A stretch of 32,000 bases of DNA from Halogeometricum borinquense DSM 11551. GTDB taxonomy: Archaea > Halobacteriota > Halobacteria > Halobacteriales > Haloferacaceae. The notes under the pieces are model-generated. The model saw only the letters and a list, made by a program, of their open reading frames with translations, ran no database searches and was not told the DNA's origin. The position numbers and the translations under genes are program-made. This document shows, piece after piece, positions 24,969 through 32,000 of this stretch (positions are counted from its first letter, which is position 1; each line of letters begins with the position of its first letter). The stretch spans positions 480,001 through 512,000 of the forward strand of contig NC_014729.1 of NCBI RefSeq assembly GCF_000172995.2, read 5' to 3'.

Positions 24969-27202
24969 GTTCCGAGACGAGAGACACGAACGCTTCGTTT
25001 TCGATAGACGCCATCTCGGTACCGCGTGCCGTCGCTCTTGTCGGCGTCCTCGTCCTCACGTGGTCGTACGTGAGCGTACTCTACTACGTCACGAACGTGG
25101 TCGGCGGCAGTTCCCAACTGCTGTTTGTCGTCGTGGGGTCGCTCGCACTTGCCACGCTGGTCGGCTCTTTCGTCAGCGTCCGAACGGCACTTGGTGTTAC
25201 TGCCGTCCTCTTAGTCGGCGGCTTCACCGTCTACGTGTTCACGCTTCCGCAGAGCCAACTCGAACTCCTGACGCCGGCGCGCCTGCTCTCAGACACTGTC
25301 GCACTGCTCACCGGACTGTCCATCCTCCGACTCACCGGCGCTGGCGTGTGGGCGATGGCCGTCGCTCCCGGCCCGGTGTTTCTCTCGTGGTACCTTGCCG
25401 TTCGTCGCCAGTACGTGTGGGGTGTCGCCGTCGGCGGCGTCGCCCTCGGCCTGTTTGTTCTCACGAGCGACGCCGGACAACTGACCACGCTCGTCGGCGT
25501 CGCTGGCGGGACAGTCACGGTCGCAGCGTCAACGTTCGAGCGCTACGGCGCGGGCATCGCCCAGTTGGACGTGATGTCGATGGTCCTCGCGGCGATGATC
25601 GTTCTCGCGGCCACTATCTCCGTGGTCCCCGGTGCAGAAGGGTCTCCGCTGCTCCCGGACCGGGGTTCACCCACGGTCGAGGGGAGTCTCGTCAACTCTC
25701 CGGACCGCTTGAATATCGTCGGGAGCATCCGACTCTCGCCGAACGTCCGCTTTACGGTCAACAGTCCGCAGTCGTCGTACTGGGAGACGGCCGCGTACGA
25801 CAGGTACACCGGCGACGGGTGGATTAGAACGGGGAGTACGGACCCCTACAACGGTCGTTTGCGCGGCCCGGTTGGTGCCTCACAGACCGTCCAGCAGCAG
25901 GTGACGGCGAAAGGGACTATCTCTATCCTTCCGGCCGCGTGGAAACCGGTTCGCATTGACGGCCCTCTCGCCTCCGAGGCGGAAGTGACCGCGCAGGGGA
26001 ACCTGCGGCCAACCACCTCGTTGCGCGAAGGCGAGTCCTATCGCGTCACGAGCGAAGTTCCGATCTACACCACGGCGCAACTGCGACGCTCTGGGACGAA
26101 CTACCCCGACGATATCGAAGCGGCGTACCTCCAACTGCCAGACAGCACATCCGACCGGGTTCGCGCCCGTGCCGCTGCAGTCACCGCCGACGCGGACAAC
26201 CCGTACGACAAAGCGGTCGCCATCGAGCAGACGCTGGAGGCCGAAAAGCGCTACTCGCTGTCGGTGCCACAGCCATCGGGCGATATCGCCGACTCGTTCC
26301 TGTTCGAGATGGACGCGGGATACTGCACCTACTACGCGACGACAATGGTCGTCATGCTCCGGTCGCAAGGTGTTCCCGCGCGGTTCGTCACCGGATACAC
26401 GCCCGGCCAACAGGTGAGTGAGAACGAGTACGTCGTCCGCGGACTCGATTCGCACGCGTGGGTCGAAGTCTACTTCGAGGACGTTGGATGGGTTCGGTTC
26501 GACCCGACGCCTTCGGGGCCACGGCAAACCGCCGAAAACGCCCGCGTTGCCGAGGCCAGACAGAACGGTGAACCCAACGTCGATGTGGGCGGGTCCGAAG
26601 AGACGGCGACGCCGACACCCACGCCAACCACTACTACGGCGGCTAACGGCACGGAAGACGACACGAACAATACGCCGACGCCGTCCGACGCACTCGAACC
26701 CAGTGGTAGTGGCGTGAACGCGACTCCGCCGCCCGGATCAGTTCCCGGGCTGGGGTCTTCCGTAACGTCAGCCGGTGGCGGCTTGTCAGGTCCGGATCTC
26801 CCGCCGCAACGCACGTTCGCGCTCGGCCTCGTCGCACTGATCGGACTCGTCGCCGGGGCGAGACGGACGGGAGTAACCGAACGCGCGTACCGGGCGCTGT
26901 GGCTTCGGTATCAGGGGACGCGACGCACGCCGGAAGACGACACGATTCGGGCGTATCGCCGACTCGAATACGTGCTCGAACGTCGGTATCGCCCACGACG
27001 GACGGGCGAGACGCCGCGCACGTATCTCCAGTCGCTCTCCCGCGTCGGTCTCGATGCGGACGTAGCGCGCGTCGGTGAAGCGTACGAACGCGCTCGGTAC
27101 GGCGATGGCGTCGCGCGCGAGACAGCCGACGATGCTATCGCCACCGTGGACCGACTGGTTCGAGAAACGACGCCGCTTCTCGGCCGGCTTTCACAGCGGT
27201 GA
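24965..27202 (+). CDS. Transglutaminase-domain membrane protein (TgpA-like, with DUF4129-like C-terminus)
   Basis: The GTG start overlaps the DUF58 stop (GTGA). About six N-terminal TM helices. Cys-His-Asp core GYCTYYATTMVV...DSHAWVEVYF...VRFDPT. A T/P-rich linker with NxT sequons is followed by a late TM helix and an R-rich tail. Confidence 0.9.
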   Translation: MSSETRDTNASFSIDAISVPRAVALVGVLVLTWSYVSVLYYVTNVVGGSSQLLFVVVGSLALATLVGSFVSVRTALGVTAVLLVGGFTVYVFTLPQSQLELLTPARLLSDTVALLTGLSILRLTGAGVWAMAVAPGPVFLSWYLAVRRQYVWGVAVGGVALGLFVLTSDAGQLTTLVGVAGGTVTVAASTFERYGAGIAQLDVMSMVLAAMIVLAATISVVPGAEGSPLLPDRGSPTVEGSLVNSPDRLNIVGSIRLSPNVRFTVNSPQSSYWETAAYDRYTGDGWIRTGSTDPYNGRLRGPVGASQTVQQQVTAKGTISILPAAWKPVRIDGPLASEAEVTAQGNLRPTTSLREGESYRVTSEVPIYTTAQLRRSGTNYPDDIEAAYLQLPDSTSDRVRARAAAVTADADNPYDKAVAIEQTLEAEKRYSLSVPQPSGDIADSFLFEMDAGYCTYYATTMVVMLRSQGVPARFVTGYTPGQQVSENEYVVRGLDSHAWVEVYFEDVGWVRFDPTPSGPRQTAENARVAEARQNGEPNVDVGGSEETATPTPTPTTTTAANGTEDDTNNTPTPSDALEPSGSGVNATPPPGSVPGLGSSVTSAGGGLSGPDLPPQRTFALGLVALIGLVAGARRTGVTERAYRALWLRYQGTRRTPEDDTIRAYRRLEYVLERRYRPRRTGETPRTYLQSLSRVGLDADVARVGEAYERARYGDGVARETADDAIATVDRLVRETTPLLGRLSQR

Positions 27203-27213
27203 GGCCGTCAGTG

Positions 27214-27614
<401 letters not shown>

Positions 27615-27744
27615 CAGACCGTTACTTCTCGAACACCGAGCGGTTTTCGTCCCTACTTTCACTCTCGTGACTGACGAGTTCGGCGTCGTCGTCTCGACGA
27701 GCTATCCCCTCTCTCGGTAGGGGGTCTCAGTACGTCAACTAGGA

Positions 27745-28104
27745 TCAGAACGGCGCTTCCGGCCCCTCGTCGGGTTCGGCCGCTGTCTTCTGTTCTTCTA
27801 ACGGACCCTCCCACGCTTCGAGTCCACCGCGCATGCTCTCGACGCGCGCGTCGGCTGTTCCCTCGTAGGATTTGATGAGGCGGGCCGCTTGGATGCTCGC
27901 TTTGCCGTGCGGACACACAGTGACGATGCGGTCGGCACCCTCAAGCGATGCAACGCGGTCGGGTAACTCCGCGAACGGAACGTTCTCGCTGCCGGGGATG
28001 TGAAACCGGGCGAACGAACCGGGAGACCGGATGTCAACGACGCGCGGTGGGTCCTCGCTGTCGAGTAACGACTCGACTTCCGAGGGGTCAATCTCGTCGT
28101 CCAT
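27745..28104 (-). CDS. Rhodanese-like domain protein
   Basis: VVDIRSPGSFARFHIPGSENVP, an active-site loop CPHGKAS, and C-terminal GGLEAW. Confidence 0.9.
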   Translation of the reverse strand: MDDEIDPSEVESLLDSEDPPRVVDIRSPGSFARFHIPGSENVPFAELPDRVASLEGADRIVTVCPHGKASIQAARLIKSYEGTADARVESMRGGLEAWEGPLEEQKTAAEPDEGPEAPF

Positions 28105-28166
28105 ACCCGGTGGAAACGGACGCCGAGAGATAAGCGTGCGGGTGCGTGGTCGGTTCAGCCGCTCGC

Positions 28167-28730
28167 TTAGAGCAAGCCCTCTTCGCGTGCGAGGAGCACT
28201 CCTTCGAGAGTGGCGTCGTTCGTCGGTTGCTCCCGCGATACCTTGACGGCTTCTTCGACGGGCACCGTGTGGACCGAGAGGAATTCGTTGTCGTCTAAGT
28301 CGCGTTCAACCGGTGTGAGTCCCTCGGCGAAGACGAATCCGCGTCGGTGTCTGAGAACGCCGGTCGAACACCAGCACTCTTCCAGTACCGAACTGCTCGT
28401 CGCGTCGAATCCTGTCTCTTCACGTAGTTCGCGCTCGGCGGCTTGCGTGTAGGATTCGCCGCCCTCGACGATACCGGCGGGCAGTTCCAGTTGCGTCTGT
28501 CGAATCGTCGGGCGATACTGCTCGACAAATATCACCTGCCCGTCTTCAACTGCAATGACGACGACTGCCGTGGCCAGTTCCGCCCAGTAGTAGCGCTTCG
28601 TGCTCCCGTTCGGTTGTTCGACGAGGTCGTAGCCGCCCGTGAACCACCCCGTTTCGTACTCGACCGCTGACTCCAGTACGGGCCACTCGGGATCCGGCAA
28701 CGACTCGTGACGGCGTCCGTCTCCGTTCAT
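28167..28730 (-). CDS. NUDIX hydrolase (ADP-ribose pyrophosphatase-like)
   Basis: ORF 28167..28916 trimmed to MNGDGRRHES. NUDIX box is GIVEGGESYTQAAERELREETGF. The upstream 62 residues are basic and atypical. Confidence 0.85.
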   Translation of the reverse strand: MNGDGRRHESLPDPEWPVLESAVEYETGWFTGGYDLVEQPNGSTKRYYWAELATAVVVIAVEDGQVIFVEQYRPTIRQTQLELPAGIVEGGESYTQAAERELREETGFDATSSSVLEECWCSTGVLRHRRGFVFAEGLTPVERDLDDNEFLSVHTVPVEEAVKVSREQPTNDATLEGVLLAREEGLL

Positions 28731-28770
28731 TGTCTCCCGTTCGGGTCGCCCGATGCTTAATCCGCCGGGT

Positions 28771-29235
28771 TCAGTCTTCGTGCTTTGTCTCCCCGTGTTC
28801 CGTCTTCGAATCACCGTCTTCGAATCGCGGGCGATAGATTCGACTGAACGCCTGTCTGCGGAGGGTTCCAACTGCCGCGTCGCGTTCGTTCTGGAACGTT
28901 GCGGCGACGGCGACATCCGCGAACGGGGCGGCGTGCCAGACGACGCGTTCGACGTTGGGACTGCCGAGTTGCGTCACCTCGTACGCTGGATGGTCGTCGG
29001 TCCACGCGTCGAACTCCTCGTGTGCGCCGACGTGGACGGCAAGTCGTTCGGCGAACAGGACGTTTCGCGCCGTCTCGACTACCTCTCCAGTAACGCGCTC
29101 TTGGTACTCCTCGCGGTCGAATGACATGGCCCTCGCCGTCTCGCGGACGATCTGTTGAGCGGTCGGACCGGACGCCTCAAACGCCTCGCGCGCCTCGCGT
29201 TCGCTCTCGGGAGCGAGTGTACCAAGTATCTCCAT
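28771..29235 (-). CDS. Conserved-looking acidic hypothetical protein (154 aa)
   Basis: Clean ORF with halophile-like acidic composition and coding-like codon usage. No motif recognised by eye. Confidence 0.65.
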   Translation of the reverse strand: MEILGTLAPESEREAREAFEASGPTAQQIVRETARAMSFDREEYQERVTGEVVETARNVLFAERLAVHVGAHEEFDAWTDDHPAYEVTQLGSPNVERVVWHAAPFADVAVAATFQNERDAAVGTLRRQAFSRIYRPRFEDGDSKTEHGETKHED

Positions 29236-29274
29236 ACGGCTACCTGACTCGCGAGGCGACGAACGCCTTTCGGT

Positions 29275-29356
29275 CGTGGGTCGTGAGTCGCTAGTCGCCA
29301 GTCGTCGGCCGTGAGTCGGCAGTCGTCAATCGTCGGCCGTGAGTCGGCAGTCGTCA
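29275..29356. repeat. 28-bp-period tandem array, 3 units (core CGTCGGCCGTGAGTCGGCAGTCGTCA)
   Basis: Identical 26-nt cores at 29303-29328 and 29331-29356. A decayed copy (21/26) lies at 29275-29300. Confidence 0.9.
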
Positions 29357-29399
29357 GCGACGCGTCCGTTACGATATGCTGTCCTGCTCTCTGCGACCG

Positions 29400-29831
29400 T
29401 TACGCCTCGTCGCCCTCGTCGGCGTCGTCTGCATCCCCGTCGCTGTCTTCCAGCATCTCCCGCGTCAACGCCTGTGCCTCCTCGATAACGGCTTGCGCGT
29501 CGGCGTCGAGCGAGTCACGCCGTCCGGAACGTGGTATATCCATCTGCTCGGGTGTACCGGTGTCGTCACCGAACAAGGAGTCGTGGTCGTGTCCGGCGTG
29601 GTCGTGGACCGTATCCTCGAACACGGCTTCGTACTCCGCCTCCTCGGCTAACTCGGTCACGCGGGCGGCGAGTTCGTCGGGACTCGATGACGACCACTCG
29701 GGGACGTGTTCGTCCAACCATGACTCGTGTTCGGCGCCGTGTGTCATCGCCGTGAACGCGAGATGGTTTGCGAGGTGCTCTCCGTCCTGTTGCGGCACGT
29801 CACAGACGGGACAGGCGTAGCCCATGCTCAT
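29400..29831 (-). CDS. Small acidic protein with N-terminal C2H2-like zinc finger
   Basis: MSMGYACPVCDVPQQDGEHLANH has a CxxC...HxxxH pattern. It also has a His-rich patch HDHAGHDHD and a strongly acidic tail. An alternative start is at 29825. Confidence 0.65.
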   Translation of the reverse strand: MSMGYACPVCDVPQQDGEHLANHLAFTAMTHGAEHESWLDEHVPEWSSSSPDELAARVTELAEEAEYEAVFEDTVHDHAGHDHDSLFGDDTGTPEQMDIPRSGRRDSLDADAQAVIEEAQALTREMLEDSDGDADDADEGDEA

Positions 29832-29869
29832 GCGTTACAGAGCGCAGTACAAGGGTCGTACGGTCCGAG

Positions 29870-30241
29870 CTATAGGTTCGCCAGCGTCGAAGGATCCTCG
29901 ACGACGACGACACCGTCCTCCGAGATGGTGACGTTGTAGCCGACGTACGTAAATCGGACCCGTGACTGCGCTGCGCCGTCTGTGGACGGGTATCCGCCGT
30001 CCGTCGCGGGGCGGCCGCGACTGCGCGCTGGTTCGAACAGACTCTCTAATGCGTCGGGGTCAACGATGGAACCGACTGGCGGTAGCGTCATTGCATCGTC
30101 CGGGTTGCCCGTCCACGCCTCCGCAGCGGCGCGGGCGATAGTAACTGCAAGACAGTCCTCTCCGTTCCAGTCGTGTTGAACGACAACTCTCGACCGCTCC
30201 TTTACGTCTCGTCCTGTCCCTTCCGTTGTTGTATCATCCAT
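29870..30241 (-). CDS. HalOD1 (halobacterial output domain 1) protein
   Basis: The pattern LPPVGSIVDPDALESLF...RVRFTYVGYNVTISEDGVVVV matches the HalOD1 family as I recall it. It lies immediately downstream of a Bat-like regulator. Confidence 0.75.
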   Translation of the reverse strand: MDDTTTEGTGRDVKERSRVVVQHDWNGEDCLAVTIARAAAEAWTGNPDDAMTLPPVGSIVDPDALESLFEPARSRGRPATDGGYPSTDGAAQSRVRFTYVGYNVTISEDGVVVVEDPSTLANL

Positions 30242-30339
30242 GGGTCATCCCGTCGGCCCCCACGCCGACAGACACTACTGGGCGTTCTGGGCTAATAGTC
30301 GTCATCTCTACTATCGTATACTGTCTCTCCGTAGACTTT

Positions 30340-30369
30340 CTATTCGAATAGTATGACAGATATTTGTCA
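30340..30369. promoter_or_regulatory. Two palindromes in the AT-rich Bat/HalOD1 spacer: CTATTCGAATAG and TGACA-N6-TGTCA
   Basis: A 12-bp perfect palindrome lies at 30340-30351. 5-bp arms at 30354-30358 and 30365-30369 form the second; its right arm overlaps the Bat-like stop codon. Confidence 0.4.
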
Positions 30370-31992
30370 GTCTAAAATGAGTTCGATCAGTTTGCGCTCT
30401 GCGGCTCGGAGGTGGTACTGAAAGGTCGGCGAGGAGACATCGAACGCTTCCGAGAGCGTCGAGACGGATGTCTTGCGCGGCCAGTCGTACAGTCCTCCGT
30501 GGAGTGCGGCCGAGATTGCTTCTCGCTGTCGTTCGGTCCACACTTCGTCGAGGCGCGCTCGGAAACTCCCGACCGAGTCGGTCGGTTCCGTGAGCGTTCG
30601 ACGAGCAGCGAGCGTCGTCCGGGAGTACGTTGCGGCGAATGCGTCCACGACCGACCGCACGCTTACATCCGAAGGAATCGTCAGCGACACTGTACAGACG
30701 CCGTTTTCGGCCACCATCTCGCGGAGTCTGCCACGTCCAGCGTACACTGTCTCGAACGGCGTCGTGTCCGCCGGCTGGACCTCATAGAGGTGTTCGTCGT
30801 CGTCCTCATCGGTGAGTTCGCGGGCGAGCGTTCCCGGCGGAAGGGCGTCCCGCACGGCGTTCTTCGGCGCGGCAGTTCGGACGAACGTCCGGTAGTCGCC
30901 CTCTGCTGTCGGGACGACACCGGTCACCGTCGCCGTCTCGCCGGTTGCCGTCGAGAGACGGACCAAGAAATGCTGGTCGTCTCGAATCTCTAATTCAACT
31001 TCGGTTTGCCGCTCGTCAAGAATCGGCTGTGTCCGCCCGAGACGGTCGATAACTGCTCCTAACGTCTCTCCGAGTTCGACCAGTACGTCGCCGTCCTCTC
31101 CGGCGAACGTGTCCGGGCGCGTGCCGTGAACGACGAGAAGTCGGTCGTTACCTGCGGGGACGACGGCGATGGACCGAAAGCCCTGTGCGAGGGCGTCCCG
31201 GCGATGCGGTTCCCACGCTGGGTCGTCCAATACGTCATTTACGACCGCACGTCGGCCCGTCGAAGCGACTCGTGAGAGCAACTCGGGGAACGGCGATGTC
31301 TGCGCCGCTTCGGTGAGCCGGGCTGCATAGCTGTCTTCGACGCCTGTCGTCGTCATGGGCACCACCCTGTCGTCGCTATTTGCTTCTTCGGGGGCCTCAC
31401 AGAGCCACGCGAACTGGTACGGTTCGGCTTCTACTAACCGTTCACACGCCCGCGCTGTCGCCTCTTCTGTCGTGGTCGCATGGACGACGGAGCGCGTCAC
31501 CTCTCTGACCGTTCGGTTGATACGGTTCAACTGCGTCAGCCGCTCGTTTTGCTGTTCGAGTTGCTGGTCCCTGCTTCGCAGCGCCTGCTTCGTCTCGACG
31601 CTTCCTAGCAACTCTCCCATCGTCGCTGCCAGCAGGCCGAGCATCTCGGCGTCGGTCTCCCGGATTGTCGCACCCGATAGCCGCTCGACAGCGAGGACGC
31701 CGTACTGACCCACTGGCACGAACTGGACCGTTGTTCCCTCCTCAACGCGCACCATTCGCTCCTCGGTGAAAGCAACCCAGCAGGGATCGTTCTCGGACTC
31801 GACAGGGGCGTCGCGGTTCACGCCGTCCGACTGGTACCGCCCTCGGTCTACTTCGTCCGACTGCGGGTGTCGTTCGAGTGTCCGCGTCGTGGCGTCATAG
31901 TCGAAAAAGGCGGCCCGACAGGGATCAAACAAGCTGTGACAGCCTTCGATAGTTCGCGTCACGACGGCGTCGGCGTTGTCGGCCTGCGCCAT
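30367..31992 (-). CDS. Bat-like (bacterio-opsin activator family) regulator, GAF domains plus C-terminal HTH_10
   Basis: C-terminus WTERQREAISAALHGGLYDWPRKTSVSTLSEAFDVSSPTFQYHLRAAERKL is a typical HTH_10, preceded by GAF-like regions. The frame is still open upstream of the ATG at 31992, so the gene may continue beyond the right edge. Confidence 0.85.
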   Translation of the reverse strand: MAQADNADAVVTRTIEGCHSLFDPCRAAFFDYDATTRTLERHPQSDEVDRGRYQSDGVNRDAPVESENDPCWVAFTEERMVRVEEGTTVQFVPVGQYGVLAVERLSGATIRETDAEMLGLLAATMGELLGSVETKQALRSRDQQLEQQNERLTQLNRINRTVREVTRSVVHATTTEEATARACERLVEAEPYQFAWLCEAPEEANSDDRVVPMTTTGVEDSYAARLTEAAQTSPFPELLSRVASTGRRAVVNDVLDDPAWEPHRRDALAQGFRSIAVVPAGNDRLLVVHGTRPDTFAGEDGDVLVELGETLGAVIDRLGRTQPILDERQTEVELEIRDDQHFLVRLSTATGETATVTGVVPTAEGDYRTFVRTAAPKNAVRDALPPGTLARELTDEDDDEHLYEVQPADTTPFETVYAGRGRLREMVAENGVCTVSLTIPSDVSVRSVVDAFAATYSRTTLAARRTLTEPTDSVGSFRARLDEVWTERQREAISAALHGGLYDWPRKTSVSTLSEAFDVSSPTFQYHLRAAERKLIELILD

Positions 31993-32000
31993 CTCGCGCG

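Noticed and set aside
25060-25827. 255-aa plus-strand ORF inside the transglutaminase gene
   Set aside because: It is an alternate frame of the TM region and Arg-rich, whereas the called frame gives clean hydrophobic helices.

Overview
High-GC window with acidic proteomes, Tat/lipobox signals and HTH_10/HalOD1 regulators, so most likely a chromosomal core region of a haloarchaeon (class Halobacteria). I call 32 protein genes, densely packed on both strands. They are mostly housekeeping: serS, tsr3, a NOG1-family GTPase, engB, cofE plus a Mer-like F420 oxidoreductase, a bacterial-type mutS-mutL operon, aSUI1 and a partial acyl-CoA synthetase at the left edge that the ORF track omits. There is also a MoxR / DUF58 / transglutaminase operon, three lipoproteins, two NUDIX proteins (one fused to an eIF-2B-family domain) and a Bat-like regulator with a HalOD1 gene. 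I found no rRNA, tRNA, CRISPR, transposase, integrase or recognisable defence genes. I cannot point to a convincing new multi-gene system. The least expected signal is non-coding: four perfect or near-perfect short-period tandem arrays (18, 28, 21/20 and 28 bp). Each lies just 3' of a minus-strand stop codon. A fifth 18-bp duplication sits inside a coding acidic loop. Secondary items are the uncharacterised MoxR-DUF58-transglutaminase module, the NUDIX/eIF-2B-like fusion that shares one A/T box with a divergent phosphoesterase gene, a membrane-anchored wHTH next to a duplicated two-Cys lipoprotein with strong inverted repeats between them, and palindromes in the AT-rich Bat/HalOD1 spacer. Many long ORFs in the track are antisense or alternate-frame GC artefacts and are rejected. 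All family names come from motif recognition by eye. No database search was run.
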